A DNA stretch of 64,000 nt from Octopus vulgaris (taxonomy: Eukaryota). Where the stretch lies: NCBI GenBank assembly GCA_951406725.2, contig OX597819.1, positions 98,766,001 through 98,830,000 on the forward strand, written 5' to 3'. Positions 38,346 through 53,229 of the stretch are shown here, in pieces. The notes under the pieces were generated by a model. The model had not been told where the DNA came from. It saw only the letters and a list, made by a program, of their open reading frames with translations, and did no database searches. Position numbers and translations under genes: made by a program. Within the stretch, counting starts at the first letter, position 1. Every line of letters starts with the position of its first letter.

Positions 38346-39091
38346 CAATATATATATACATATATATTCAATATATTAGGATTCAGTTGAATGAGGTACT
38401 TAAAACTAAGGCACCGGGTTGGGTCAGAATTAAAATGCATACACAGCAATTATAGACGAATACCAACTTCGGTGCAGAAGTACTGGCGGAAGGATATTCA
38501 GGTTATGTATGCAATTAACTGAACCCGACTGAGGTTATCATCATCCCCTGGACTCATTCAGAAACGCATATTTTGTTAAATTTATGGTCTATAAAGTACC
38601 TCGGTACACTCGAAGTGCAGGTCCCGAGAGGCTGAATTATAAATAGAGAAAGAACAAATGATTGATAGGTACCAATTCATCACAACCGTTTCTAAAGAAT
38701 TTTTAAAATTGATCACTGAGTACATTATATCATTATGAGAAAACCATTTTCTTCAGATGAATACAAAGTTTACAGTTAAGAACATTTAAGAAAATTAAAA
38801 ATCCATATTTGGATGATTCCACGATTGACGTTTGTCGTAGAATAAGCTTGCTAAACCAAAACAAAGCAAATTCAAGTGGTTTAGTAGGAGGGGACATCAT
38901 TATGACATATATCTTAAATACACCCCTTTCATTTAATCGACTGTCCTTGTGTGCCAAGATGTAATGTTCATACGTAGTACAATAAAGTCCATCCCCCCCA
39001 CTAACTGTTGTCCTCCAAAGACATAAATAGTGGTACACTTGCAGGGGTGCACTGCTGTTACATGAACAATATCTCAAACTTCACAAACCGG

Positions 39092-39300
39092 TTTCAAAAT
39101 TTGGCACAAGGCTAGCAGTTTCGAGAGAGGGGCTAAGTTGATTAAATCGACCCCAATGTTCAACTGGTGCTTGTTTACTTAACCCTTAAAAAATGAAAGT
39201 CAAAGTCGACCCCGGCTGTATTTGAACTCAGAACGTAAAGACGGACGAAATACCATAAAGTATTATGCTCGAGTTGCTGACGATTAAGTCAGCTCACCGT
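39092..39300 (-). mobile_element. SINE family B monomer, decayed
   Basis: TTGGCACAAGGC...AAAGTCGACC...TTTGAACTCAGAACGTAAAGACGGACGAAAT. Confidence 0.85.
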
Positions 39301-39512
39301 CATTTGATTCTACATATTACATTCATACCACCACACACATTATATAATTCTCTCATATCTACTCCCGCCATATGATGCAGCGGGTTGGGGACAACATTAA
39401 GAGGGATAATGAAAAACAATGTATATGTATATATACGCAGGCCCACACACTCACACACACACACACATAAATATGTTTGTGTGTGTACATAAATAATATA
39501 TATGTATATACA

Positions 39513-39564
<52 letters not shown>

Positions 39565-40199
39565 AACATATTATGTGTGTGTGTGTGTGTTTGTCAGTCT
39601 GTGGATGTCGGAACCAGAATGAAACCTTCCACTTCTTCCAATAGATCTTTATTTCAAAACGTATTTGGTAGGTTCTCTCTTTCCAAGATGTAGTGGTGCG
39701 TATGTGTGTGAGTGTGTGGGCCTGCGTGTACACACACAAACACACACACATGCACACACACACACACACTGACGCACACGTACATGCACTTTGCACACAT
39801 ACACGCTCACACACAGAGGTCATCTCTTAAACGTCACTGATATATTTTTAGGAAAGTTCGTCTTCAAGAGAAACGATGAAAAGCGAAACCAATTTCACCA
39901 TAGTGACGCTATTTACGAGATTTTTAGGTGACTTAATATAGATGAAACATTCTCTGCTTTTGAAGTGATTCATTTGCATCTCATAAATCCAATTTTCTTA
40001 TTTACTTTTCCTTGTAAATTATATTTTTAAAGTACTGTCGTACTTTAAATTAGATAAATGCCCATAAAATAGATATAAAAAAATTATAACCTAGGGGATG
40101 AAACTCAGTGACGCATATTCTGTTTCTGCATTATTTGATTTTACATTTGTTCAGGTATTTTTAAAATGATCAAAATATTATTTTATATATGTGTCTTAT

Positions 40200-40432
40200 G
40201 TGGAGAACGTGGCTTAGTGGTTAGGGTGTCAGCATCATGATAGTAAGATTGTGGTTTCGATTCCCGGACCGGGCGACGCGTTGTGTTCTTGAGCAAAACA
40301 TTTCATTTCACGTTGCTCCCGTCCACTCAGCTAGCAAAAATGAGTGACGTTGCGATGGACTGGCGTCCCGTCCAGCTGGGGAACACATGCGCCATTGGAA
40401 ACGGGGATCTGGCTAGGCTTTAAAAGGGCGCA
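40200..40432 (+). mobile_element. SINE head A + tail 2 (V-domain-like)
   Basis: A and B boxes, CORE-like segment, GCGATGGACTGGCGTCCCGTCCAG, end TTTAAAAGGGCGC. Confidence 0.9.
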
Positions 40433-40610
40433 TTTATTTATTTTATCATATTGTATATATTTTAACATGAAATTATATGTATCAAGGTACATAATTGCTA
40501 TATAATATATATATATCTTTTCACAAATATTTGCTATATGCTTTATGTGTTTTCATGCATAATTGCTACTCTACATGATATTTATATTGAGAAATAATTG
40601 CTATGTAATA

Positions 40611-40800
40611 AGGTGGTGAGGTGGCCAAATGCTTGGCGGCATTTCGTTCGTCTTTACGTTCTGAGTTCAAATTCCGCCGGAATAGACTTTGCCTTCCATC
40701 CACTCAGGGTCGATAAAATAAGTACTAGTTGAACAGTAGGGTCGATGTAATCGTCTCTTTCCCTCCCCCAAATTAGCTGCCTTTGTGGCAAAATTTGAAA
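40611..40800 (+). mobile_element. SINE family B monomer
   Basis: GTTCTGAGTTCAAATTCCGCCG...GTCGATAAAATAAGTAC. Confidence 0.85.
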
Positions 40801-40803
40801 TCC

Positions 40804-40859
<56 letters not shown>

Positions 40860-41157
40860 GAGTGGGAGAGCAGTGCATGCCATCAAAGTTACACTGGGGT
40901 AAAATATACGAAGCCCAGTATACCCATCATGACTACCCGTCTCATAAGGGTACACTAGGCACATGCATCACAACCATATGTGCGCGACATGGTGATCTCA
41001 TATCAAGACAAACAACACATGGCCTTGAAGGTGGTGCCCAGTTAGAAATTTCTTCTGGTCGAGTAACCCATCCCGCTCAAAAGGTCCCTGAATAAGGGTT
41101 GTTTAAGAATGTTGAACGGAACACCTATGTTTCCAGAGGTGAATTATTTAAACCCCA
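40860..41157 (-). mobile_element. Non-coding retroelement 3' portion flanked by (AAT)n on both sides
   Basis: Same 3' terminus as the short copy at 6725-6771; both end in (AAT)n. Confidence 0.65.
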
Positions 41158-41179
41158 ATTATTGTTGTTGTTGTTGTTG

Positions 41180-41228
<49 letters not shown>

Positions 41229-41233
41229 TAATA

Positions 41234-41296
<63 letters not shown>

Positions 41297-42316
41297 GAGG
41301 GTAATGCGCCTCCATTTTGAGAAATATAGATTTTTTCAATATACACAATTCACAATTCTTAGTCCTATTAACAATTAGAAAGGCATGAATATTACAGATT
41401 CCTATAAACCTTATTATATTGTGGCCTACCAACCAACTAATAAGTTCATATTAAAGATTCTCATATCGAACATAGTAATAAACGGAGTGCCAAGTTTGTA
41501 AGAGAGTTTCGATTCTTGGCTGGAACCATTTCCGTATGTATTCGTTGTCAATGTCATCGAACTCAAATGAACTCGGTGAGATCAAGGTAACGTCAGCTGC
41601 AATCTGAGATCGAACCTGGCATACCTACTTCTTGATCCTGTACATCGAGTATTGATTGCACTCCATTCACAAAATCGCTGCCAAAATATATAGACATAGA
41701 TTTCTCCATATCTTTAGAAGTGAATTGTAGTTCTATGTACGTACGTACATACATATGTATGTATGTATGTATGTATACTTATACATATATTATGCATGTA
41801 TTGGTGCCTCTGTATTTACGTAAGTATATAGTCACTCACAAACTCACAATGTATGCACACATACACTCTTTCGTATGTACATGCATATATATGTATATAC
41901 ATATGCATGTGTATATATATATATTATATATACAAGCGTATATATATATATATCTATATATAGATAGATATATATACATATACACACACACGTAAAACGT
42001 GCATAAAAAAAATCAATAACTGAGTTCTAAGGAGAAATATCTCTATCGATCTTTGGGTGTTCAATAAAGTAGTCTTGCTGCTTAGCAACAACAAAATATC
42101 AGTGTTATCCAAGTCAACCGTCTTTGACCCATCCTTGGCGATGGAATCTATGAATCTCAACTGAACCATTCTCTTTCGACTCCAGAACTTTCTTTCCTCT
42201 TTTCAAAAGTTAATCTATTTCAAAAGAACAATCTAGTTAATAGAAAGAAAGCAGCCAAACAGAACAAAAACAAAACAAAACAAAACACAATGAATATAAT
42301 AATAATAATAATAATA

Positions 42317-42384
<68 letters not shown>

Positions 42385-43109
42385 CAATAACAACAACAAC
42401 AACAGCAGAAGGCGAAAGAAACAATAAAACACCTCATTTGAAATAAAAACTAAATGTTTGCTATTTGTGGAATAGAATCGCAGGTTGAGCGTTTTATGTA
42501 TTGTTTTTGTTTCATTTCCGTAATTAGCGAATTATTGCCTTTTTTTTAAAAAAAAAGTTTTCCTCGTTTTATTTTTTTATAAATTTTATGTACTTTATTT
42601 ATATTCTATGTTTTTACTTTTGATGCTTTCTTCCGCCATTCTTTTGGTTTTATTTTGATTAGTTTTCGCTATAAATTCACCTTTAGCTTTCGGCTAGACT
42701 ATTTTCAAAGTGACTATGAAGGGTCGGGAACAAATTAAAATCGATTAATAATAATAGTGATTGGTGTACAATTTAGCAAGAAGAGCACAGTCGATTTGAT
42801 TGACTTCAATTCTTGACTTGGGCGCATTTTAACGACCCCGGGCGAAGGAAGGGCAAACTGAACTCCGCGAAGAATTTAAGAGACATAACTAAATACTACC
42901 AATTATTTTGCGAAATTCTGGTACTGACCACAGAAAACACATCAATAACTTTGTTGGTGTGTATATACGATAATTGCATTGACGTCAGTACGAAAGTTGT
43001 TTTATATTTCAGCGGGCATATAAAAAGCAAATTACGCCTAAATGGGATTAGAATTTGGAAAATCCTCGTCGATTTCACTGACTTTACCGTCTACTGCCTA
43101 ACGCCGTAA

Positions 43110-44040
43110 TAAATAAGAACAAAAAACTAAAATTTAAAACAGAACATAAAGCAAGAAATAAAATGATAGCTATACACATGTTAGTTGTCCCAGTCGGATT
43201 GTACAGCTTCAAAATAAATCAAAATTCGGTGGATTGATGAGTTTAGATATAGAAGACATATGAGGAAACTAGTCACTGCAGTTCAAGTTCAACATTTTAA
43301 AGCTGATTTAATGCACAGAGGAATAGGCGGCAAAGAATCAGGGACCTATTACTAAGTAGTGATAGTAGGTCTATAAAAATATCTAGGAAAATGTTAAAAA
43401 CCGAAGTGACTAATACAATTAGTAAACCCCACTAAAAGTTACCTAAAAGTAATTTTTTTATAAGGAATTAAAACGATGCCGACCAGGAATTAATTATTGC
43501 GAGGAAAATGTTCTAGGGGGTAAAAGAATATTCTTTAATGAAAAATACGTGATAAAATAATTAAATATTGAGAAAAACCTTTCAACGGTACGAATCCATT
43601 CAGCATGACTCGACAATGAAGTGAGCTAATATGAAAGACAAAAATGGTTCAAAACTTCTGATGGTTTTAATTTGACTGGGTAAGACGATGGAGATATAGC
43701 CACAAGGCACAATGAAAATAGGCAATTAAACAAGTGGTTAATATCAACAGTAGGCTATGCAAAGAATATAATGAATAGCGTTAGAAAATTTCTCAGCAGT
43801 GTCGGGAAGAATGCTTAATTAAGTACACAACAATTATGTTAGCCAACAATGTAAAGAGGTGGTCCACCATTTTATTCCTGGTTGATCTGTTCAAGCAAAG
43901 ACAATATATTCACCGCTATAATCGAATAAATAACCATTTGTAATAATATACAAATACTTCGACATAGAGGCTAAAAATATATGGCCAATGGATATACCAA
44001 AACTAACATGTAACAATGAAAACCAGAAGATTTTATCCAC
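43110..44040 (+). mobile_element. R4/Dong-like non-LTR retrotransposon, heavily decayed
   Basis: FKTEHKARNKMIAIHMLVVPV.LYSF (ILKTELNA.NK..AIN..AVPV..YSF), later SRLC and EVVHHFIPG...YIHRYNRI remnants. Confidence 0.75.
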
Positions 44041-45490
44041 TGTCAACTACCTTTTGGAATGCTATCAATAGTACTAATAGATGTTAATTACAATAATTAA
44101 AATAGCAGAAGGAATATAGTTTGGTCAAAATTGCTGGCCTTGTGCCAAAATTTGAAACCGGTATTAATCGTACTTAATATATTCCTGGTCCTTATTAGTG
44201 CTATATGAAATATTGCATTGTAACCGAGGCAGAAGACTTCAAATTTATAAGAGAAGTAAAATTGGTTTTTATCGACTGTAAAAGAGTAATAAAAAAAATC
44301 GATTTTACTTTTTATCTTTTAGTTAGCTGAGAAGACAGTGCCCATGACCGTTTATAGGGTATCCAAAACAGGTGGGAAGGAGGTCTGCATGACCCGAAAA
44401 CTTGACCCAAACGCTGGCATGAACTCTGCTAAAGGCAACCAAGGCACAGATGCTGGTACTAAACCGGGCGACTAATTAAGTCCATCATCCTGATTTATAC
44501 CCAGAACTCGAGGAACCGGAACAAAAACAAGACATGTGCTTTAACGAACATTCCACAATTCGATGAACATTTTTACTTTTTTTTTTTTTTTTGCACATTA
44601 CAGTTGCAGTTACCAGCTACGGTTACTCTTACTAATTAAAGCACCGATTGGTATTTTTATCGATTCCAAAAGTATGAAGAGCAAAGTGGGCCATGGTTGG
44701 ATTTGAGGTCAGAGCACAATGAGTCAGAACAAATACTATATTGCGAGGCATTTTCACGGACGCTATAACGATTCTGCCATTTTGCGAACTTAGATTTGAA
44801 CTCAAAACGTAAAGATCTGAAACTAAATGTGGCAAAATTGTTTGTCCGCCATGTCACTCCAATAATTCTAGAAATCCGCTTTTATATAGAATATTAACAA
44901 TACAGTCAGCAGTACATATCTATCCACCGTTGCCATCACCACCACCACCACTACTTCTACAATTAACATCACCAACACCACCATCCTCCTCATCGTTGTC
45001 CTCCTCCTCCTCCTCCTCATCATCATCATCATTGTCATCATCACCATCATCTTTATATTCTTCGCGGTCTCTAACTAGGATTAGTGTTGTATATTGTATA
45101 AAACATAATAAGTACTAGCATTAGCATCAGCATCACCACTATTTATCATCAGCAGCAGTAATTTTATGTATGACGTCATACCTAGTTAGAATGTTATATG
45201 TGATATAGAAACATTTTGAACTCTAAAAACAAATTAATAAAGACATTGGCGATATGGATGTCATCTGTAAACCGAATAATAAAAATGCCGTAGAATTTCA
45301 CATATAGTATAACTTGAAAACCATTTGCAATTGAGAGTATCTAAGCAATTAGAAGATTACAACTTTTCCTGGTTATTTTTAAATCTAAGAACGACTAGAC
45401 ATGCTGATAGTTGCAATAAGTTCTGGTGACTGAAATGTTTGTAGAATATATATATAATGATGTTATAGAGTGGATTTTGTATGTAAAACA

Positions 45491-45596
45491 ACTGATAAAA
45501 GCGACAGACATGTTTCGGTTTTATTCTGCTTTCTCAGCGAGGCATATTCCACTCCATTGGTGAAGATTAAACGATAAGTATATATGTATATGTATG

Positions 45597-45666
<70 letters not shown>

Positions 45667-45811
45667 CATAGATATATATATATATTTTGGGATTTGGCTT
45701 GCAAGACTCTATGTGAAGATTCTATGTGAGTTTGTGTGTTGAAGCATATTCTGTTGCGTCTGGGGAGAGTCATTCTCTTTTGGTTCCTTAAATTATAAGG
45801 CACCAAAAGAG

Positions 45812-45879
<68 letters not shown>

Positions 45880-46071
45880 CATACATACATACATACATAC
45901 ATACATACATACATACATACAAACATACATACATACATACATACATACATACATACATACATACATACATACATTCATACATACTTATCACATTATTTTC
46001 ACCAATGGAGTGGAATATGCTTCGTTGAGAAGGCAGAATAGAACCGAAATATGTCTGTAGCTTTTACCAGT
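45491..46071. repeat. Large fold-back: 91-bp inverted repeats around mirrored microsatellites
   Basis: 45491-45581 vs reverse complement of 45981-46071: 79/91 identical, ungapped. Confidence 0.9.
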
Positions 46072-46514
46072 GAGTGTGTGTGTGTGTGCGTTAACACACA
46101 CACGCACACACACACACACTCACACACACACACGCACACATACACACGCACGCACACGCACGCACACGCACGCACGCACACACGCACACACACACTTTCC
46201 ACTGTTAATTTTCTGTCAAGCGATAGATCATAAATTCTCTCCACGCTTTTTCTTCCATTTTCATTCTTCATGAATAATCTCTTGACATTTATTCACTGAT
46301 GGTTGGAAATATTTCTCAAATTTATGATTTTCTGTACATTTTTGTTAAATGTTTTCAGTTTTCTTTTCAATTTTATCTTATTTTCAAAACCTTACATTTA
46401 TATTTACTATGTCAATTGTCTCACATGATTCACAGTCGTGAAATTGATAAATCTTATTCTGCTCTGGACCAAACGATATTCCTTCTGCTATTTTAATTAT
46501 TGTAATTAACATCG

Positions 46515-47068
46515 GCCTCAGTGCTCAACTAGTATTTATTTTGTCGACCCCGAAAGGATGAAAGACAAAGTTGACCTTGGGACAATTTGATCTCAGAAAG
46601 TAAAGACAGACGAAATGCCATGAAGTATTTTGCCCGGCGTGCAAACGATTCTTATTTCTTTATTTCTCACAAGGAGCTAAACATAGAGGGGACAAACAAG
46701 GACACACAAAATAATTAAGTCGATTACATCGACCCCAGTGCGTAACTGGTACTTAATTTATCGACCCCGAAAGGATGAAAGGCAAAGTCGACCTCGGCGG
46801 AAATTGAACTCAGAACGTAACGGCAAACGAAATACCTATTTCTTTCCTACTTACAAGGGGCTAAACACAGAGAAGACAAACAAGAACAGACAAAGGGATT
46901 AAGTGGATTATATCGACCCCAGTGCGTAACTGGTACTTATTTAATCGATCCCTAAAGGATGAAAGGCTAAGTCGACCTCGGCGGAATTTGAACTCAGAAC
47001 GTTGCGGCAGACGAAATACCGCAAAGCATTTCGCCCGGCGTGCTAACACTTCTGCCAGCTCGCCATCC
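46515..47068 (-). mobile_element. SINE family B trimer
   Basis: Three tandem bodies; full head at about 47065. Confidence 0.92.
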
Positions 47069-48096
47069 TATTAAGCATGAGTAATATGCTGTGTCGATTC
47101 AATCGATTATACTTACTCTCTTAATTTTTCTGGCTGTTTGTTGATGTAAATTTTTCACATATCGCTAACCTAGCCAGGTATCTGGTTAGAGAAAACGACG
47201 ACGATGACGATGATAATACCCATGTGATGGCGGTAGTGGTGGTAATCATACTCGTACAGGTTGTGTTGGTAAAAAAACCAAAATTAATCTCAAATCAAAT
47301 TGTGCCCCACATACTGTCAAAATTGCTTCCCTTTTAAAATTTGTTAATATATCAGGCCACATCTTAGCAATTAAAAAACAATCAGTTAATCAAATAAATA
47401 GTTTAATTAAATCTGTAATCGATTTAATGAAACGTCTAAAGAGAAGATTGATTAACCAATGTCAGAAGTATTGCGTAGGGTGGTGTTAATCCGATAAACA
47501 AGCGAAGGGTGTACATAGGTAGGACAAGACAAAAGTATGTCAAAAAGCATAGGGTAAGCGTCATAACTAAGTTCAGTAAGGGGAACAGAGGAAACTTAAA
47601 CGTAGAAGTAGGGTCATTCGAAATAATAAGGGAGACAGTAGAGAGTTAATAAATACAGGATTGCTAGAGATATGGCTGGGTGAAGATGCGTTCAATGAAT
47701 AGACATGGGTCATTAAGAGGAATAGTATCAACGGACGTAGACCCAATAAATTTTGGACAAATGCGAGAGTGGACAGGATTCGATCAATAGTAGTATGATC
47801 GGTGAATGAAAACCAAAGAATAGTGAAAATGCAAGCCTATTCATAGCCCGTGGTAGGCTCAAAGAAGGGCATCAAGAAGCAGGCCTTATCCGAAGGCCGT
47901 AATTGGTTGGCTTCACACTCTGGCGCGAAATAAGAAGTAGAGACAAACCGCGTCACATGTCAACCAATCAGATCAGTGGACACAACAGGAACAACCCAGC
48001 CAAAGATGGCTGTAATCTCATACGAGATCATTCCTGCTGTGTCTCTCAAACAGTGAGGATATCAGATACCGCTACAACGGCTTCGAAGTGACCTTT

Positions 48097-48570
48097 CTAT
48101 CGTTTCAGGATATCAGACTTGTCAGTCAACGATGTCTCTATTGGATGAAAAAATAAGAGTAACACCGTGCTCTTGAAGATCATACACTTTCTTGGGGCCA
48201 TCATAAAAGGTTTTAGAATCCTTTCTTCCTGCAGCTTCTTGGAGTTCAGTACCCTTGGAAGACCACTAAGCCTTCTTCCACCTGCTTCAGAGCACGTTGA
48301 ACCTGGCCTCTGCATTTTTTTTATAAGCATTGTCTTATCTGGATGAGCTCTTATCATTTATCCATGTTTTGTGAGAGCTGTGCATTTTATCTATCAACTG
48401 TGTTGCTATCGCTGAAAAACTCTTGATGTTTACGAACAAGAATTCCAAGAACCTCTACATATACAGAGTGTGTTGCATCACACAGAGCCTCCCAAGATGA
48501 TTCTGCGTCATCATTGATATCAACAGTGTTGAGTGCAATATCCAACTTGAAATGAAGCTCAGCCTGCGTT
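48097..48570 (-). mobile_element. RTE (BovB-like) LINE internal fragment
   Basis: ESSWEALCDATHSV.VEVLG..VRKHQEFF and ELQEAAGRKDSKTFYDGPKKVY (KHQDWFD / LQ.AAD..D.K.FY..LK.VYG linker). Confidence 0.85.
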
Positions 48571-48679
48571 TTTATACATACATACATACATACATACATA
48601 CATACATACATACATACATACATACATACATACATACATTCATACATACGTATGTGTGTGTGTGTGTGTGTGTATATAT

Positions 48680-48868
48680 GTTTGTCCCACAAGATCGCTT
48701 GACAACCGATGCTGGTGTGTTTACGTCCCCGTCACTTAGCGGTTCGGCAAGAGAGACCGATAGAATAAGTACTAGCCTTACAAAGAATAATTCCTGGGGT
48801 CGATTTGCTCGACTAAAGGCGGTGCTCCAGCATGGTCGCAGTCAAATGACTGAAACAAATAAAAGAAA
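48680..48868 (+). mobile_element. SINE family C, 3' half
   Basis: CGCTTGACAACCGATGCTGG...GTCAAATGACTGAAACA. Confidence 0.9.
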
Positions 48869-48882
48869 TATATATATACACA

Positions 48883-49035
48883 TTCAGCGTGACAAGGCTG
48901 GCCCTTTGAAATACAGGTAGAACAAGAAGAAAGAGTGAGGGAAAGTTGTGGTGAAAGAATACAGCAGATTTCATCAGCACGCCTGCCAGAGCTTCGTGGA
49001 GCTTCAGGTGTTTTCGCTCAATAAACACTCACAAT
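48883..49035 (-). mobile_element. SINE middle module E + start of tail 1
   Basis: Reverse complement TTTATTGAGCGAAAACACC...CACAACTTTC...GTATTTCAAAGGGCCAGCCTTGTCAC. Confidence 0.8.
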
Positions 49036-49108
<73 letters not shown>

Positions 49109-49317
49109 CGTATAGTGGTTCTGCAAGGGATCGATAGATTAATTACCAGGCTTATACAAAAAATAAGTACTGAGAATATCCATCCGACTAAAAATTCTGC
49201 AAAACGGTGCTCCAGCAGGGCCACTCTCTAATGACTGAAACAAGCCAAATATACATGCATGCATACATACATACATACATACATACATACATACATACAT
49301 ACATACATACATACATC

Positions 49318-49528
49318 AGAGTCGTTAGCACGCCGGGCGAAATGCTTAGCAGTATTTCGTCTGTCTTTATGTTCTGAATTCAAATTCTGCCGACTTTCCC
49401 TTTCATCCTTTCGGGGTCGTTTAAATAGGTACCAGTTACGCATTGAGGTCGATGAAATCGACTTAATCCCTTTGTCTGTCTTTGTTTGTCCCTTCTATGT
49501 TTAGCTCCTTGTGGGCAATAGAGAAATA
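49318..49528 (+). mobile_element. SINE family B, 5'-clipped
   Basis: GTTAGCACGCCGGGCGAAATGCTTAGC...CTTGTGGGCAATAGAGAAAT. Confidence 0.9.
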
Positions 49529-49538
49529 TACATATATA

Positions 49539-49786
49539 TGTGGAGGCGCGTGGTTTAGTGGTTAGGGTGTTAGCATCATGGTCGTAAGATTGTGGTTTCG
49601 ATTCCTGGACCGGGCGATGCATTATGTTCTTGAGCAAAACACTTCATTTCATGTTGCTCCAGTCCACTCAGCTGGCAAAAATGAGTAACGCTGCGATGGA
49701 CTGGTGTCCCATCCACCTGGGGAACAGATATGCCATGGAAATCGGGAAACCGAGCTCATGAGTCTGGCTAGGCTTTAAAAGGGCGC

Positions 49787-49787
<1 letters not shown>
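49539..49787 (+). mobile_element. SINE head A + tail 2
   Basis: Collinear with 40200-40432. Confidence 0.9.
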
Positions 49788-49841
<54 letters not shown>

Positions 49842-50691
49842 GCATATGCTTGCGCGTATTTGTGTTTTTGTGCCTGTGTTTGTCCCCACTCCTTGATTGC
49901 CGCTGTTAGTGCGTTTACGTTCCTGTAATTCCAGCAGTTCGGGGTCAAAGGACCGATGGAATAAGTACCAGGCTTAAAAAAAAAAATTGAATACTGGGGT
50001 CGATTCATTCGGCTAAAATTCATCAAAGCGGTGCCCCAGCATGGCCGCAGTTTTATGACTGAAACGAGTAAACGATGAAAAAATAAAGCCACACACACAC
50101 ACACACACACACATACACACACACACAAAGTATGTATGTAGGTATACACATGTGCGACTGTGTAAGCGTGTGTCTGTGTAATTAGTTTAATGACCAGAGC
50201 TTTCCTAGGAATGTATGTTATCGATAAGCTCTGCCGCAGTACATGACATGTTCTTAATCTATTGACTACCACAGATTTTGAATGTAGAACGTCAAGGGAC
50301 GTAACTCAATACAGCAAATCGTTTTGGCTTACGTTCTGTGGCTACCACAAATACAGCTTTCGCTTATTTATTTACTTACTTATTTATTTCGTATTCAGTG
50401 GGCAATAATGTGGTTGGCCGGAGGTTTTAAACCCTGCCAATTGCTCGGCCACTGCAATTCTGCAGGTCGAAAGTGGCAAGGAAATTCGCTTATTCTATGA
50501 TGTTTGCAATTATTTCACTCGAACTCCCACCCAGTTTCACTGTGCCTAAGATCTCGTTGACGAAGTGTTGATCATCTCGTTCCTAAGGTAGAGAACACTT
50601 GCTCAAGGTGTCGCTCACTGGAATTGAAACCGGAACCACGTGTTTATGAAATAAACTTCTTCACATAATAACCATGTCCGTACTTTGTAAA

Positions 50692-51400
<709 letters not shown>

Positions 51401-51441
51401 TGTAGTGTGTAACTCCATCACCATCATCGCAAAAGAAGTCT

Positions 51442-51478
<37 letters not shown>

Positions 51479-51569
51479 ACTTGTGTGTGCAGTGTGCAGT
51501 AATGCACTAATAGTCACAAAGCAACTGTTACTGCAGTGTGAAAACCAAAACGTGGTCTGCATAAACAGA

Positions 51570-52046
51570 GCAGCTGATGTTGCCGCCGCTGCTTCTGCTG
51601 CTGCTGCTGCTGCTACTGCAACTGTTGTTGATATTGCTGCTGCCGCTGATATTGTTGCTAATGTTATTGCTGTTTCTGATATTACTGCTAATGTATTTGT
51701 TTTTGCTGTTATTGTTGTTGTTGTTGTGCTGCTGCTGATGCTGCTGCTGCTGTCGCTGCTATCAGTGCCTCTGCTGCTGCTGCTGCTGTCAGTGCTGCTG
51801 CTGCTGTTACTGCAGCAACTGCTGACGCTGCTGATGCTGCTGTTACCCGTTTCTTCTCCGTGACACAGGATTGCGCCTGCTTTTGTCCAATCAATTTACA
51901 TCTGAGTATCTGGCATATTTTTATATCATCACAACCACCACTACTAACACTACTGCCACCACAACTATCACCGCCGCCGCCGCCACCACCACCACCACCT
52001 CGACCACCACCACCACTACTACTACTACTACTACTTCTACCACCGT

Positions 52047-52098
<52 letters not shown>

Positions 52099-52441
52099 GT
52101 CACCACCACCCACCACCACCACCACCACCAGTAACACTAAAACTACTACACTACCATCGCCAACACCATCACCACTATCAACAGCAATACCAACGCCAGC
52201 ACCACAACCATCGCCACCGTCGCTATCATAAACTCAAACCACCACCACCACCTTCACCGCCATAATCATCATCATTCCCACCAAAAACACTATCATCATC
52301 ATCATCATCATCATCAACATCATCATGAGTCCTCACCACCGCCGCCACCACCACTGCTATCAAGATCATCATAATCATCATCATCACCAACATAGCACTC
52401 AACACTACCACCACAACCTACACCACATCCACCACCACCAT

Positions 52442-52489
<48 letters not shown>

Positions 52490-53042
52490 AGTCATCACCA
52501 ATACAAACACTAGCACCAACAACAACATTATTATCATCACCAATATCACTACTCCTATCAATGTCACTACCACTACCAATATCACCAGCACCACTACAAC
52601 CACTACTACCAATACCACTATGACTACCAAAACCATCAGCACTACTACCACCACACCACTACCGCCACCGCCACCATGACCAACACCATATACCATCACT
52701 ATTACCACGACCAATACCGCTACCACTACCAACACCAGTTCCACCTCCCAACTCCTTTACCACTTCCATTACCATCACCAATACTATTATTAAAACCACC
52801 ACCACCACCATCACCATCACCATCACAACTTCTGCTACTTATACCACTACCAACACCATCGTCACTATCATCAACACAACATTAACTTCACTAGTTAAAC
52901 TACTACTACAATTACCAATAATACCACAACTACTACCGCCCATACCATTACAACCATGACCCCACTACAGTCATACACTAACACAAATGCCACAACCATC
53001 GTCACCACCAAAATATACAAAGCACTAACACTCACTCACACA

Positions 53043-53084
<42 letters not shown>

Positions 53085-53225
53085 GCCACCACCACTACCG
53101 CCGCCAAATCCTCTTCAACACCACACACACACACACACACACACACACATCACTACTACCACCACCACTATCACCACCATCATCTCTATCAACATTAACA
53201 CCACCGCTACCACCACTGTCACGAC
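51570..53225. repeat. Extended low-complexity trinucleotide domain (GCT, CAC, TAC, CAT) with (CA)n
   Basis: Homopolymeric ORFs in several frames; no single long frame. Confidence 0.9.
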
Positions 53226-53229
53226 ACGA

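Noticed and set aside
38733-39077. 114-aa ORF
   Set aside because: At most a faint APE-endonuclease-like stretch (HKDSRLNERGVFKIYV); too weak to call as a gene or an element.
45512-46050. A-to-I hyper-editing fossilised by retrotransposition in the inverted arms
   Set aside because: The same differences are explained by C-to-T decay. The hammerhead-like CTGA and ACATGT motifs polarise at least two as C-to-T, and 6 G-U versus 3 A-C overall is not compelling.
51405-53198. Pro/Thr/His/Ala-rich ORFs suggesting a mucin or extensin-like gene
   Set aside because: Short overlapping ORFs in different frames, frequent stops, embedded (CA)n and no splice structure; this is low-complexity DNA.
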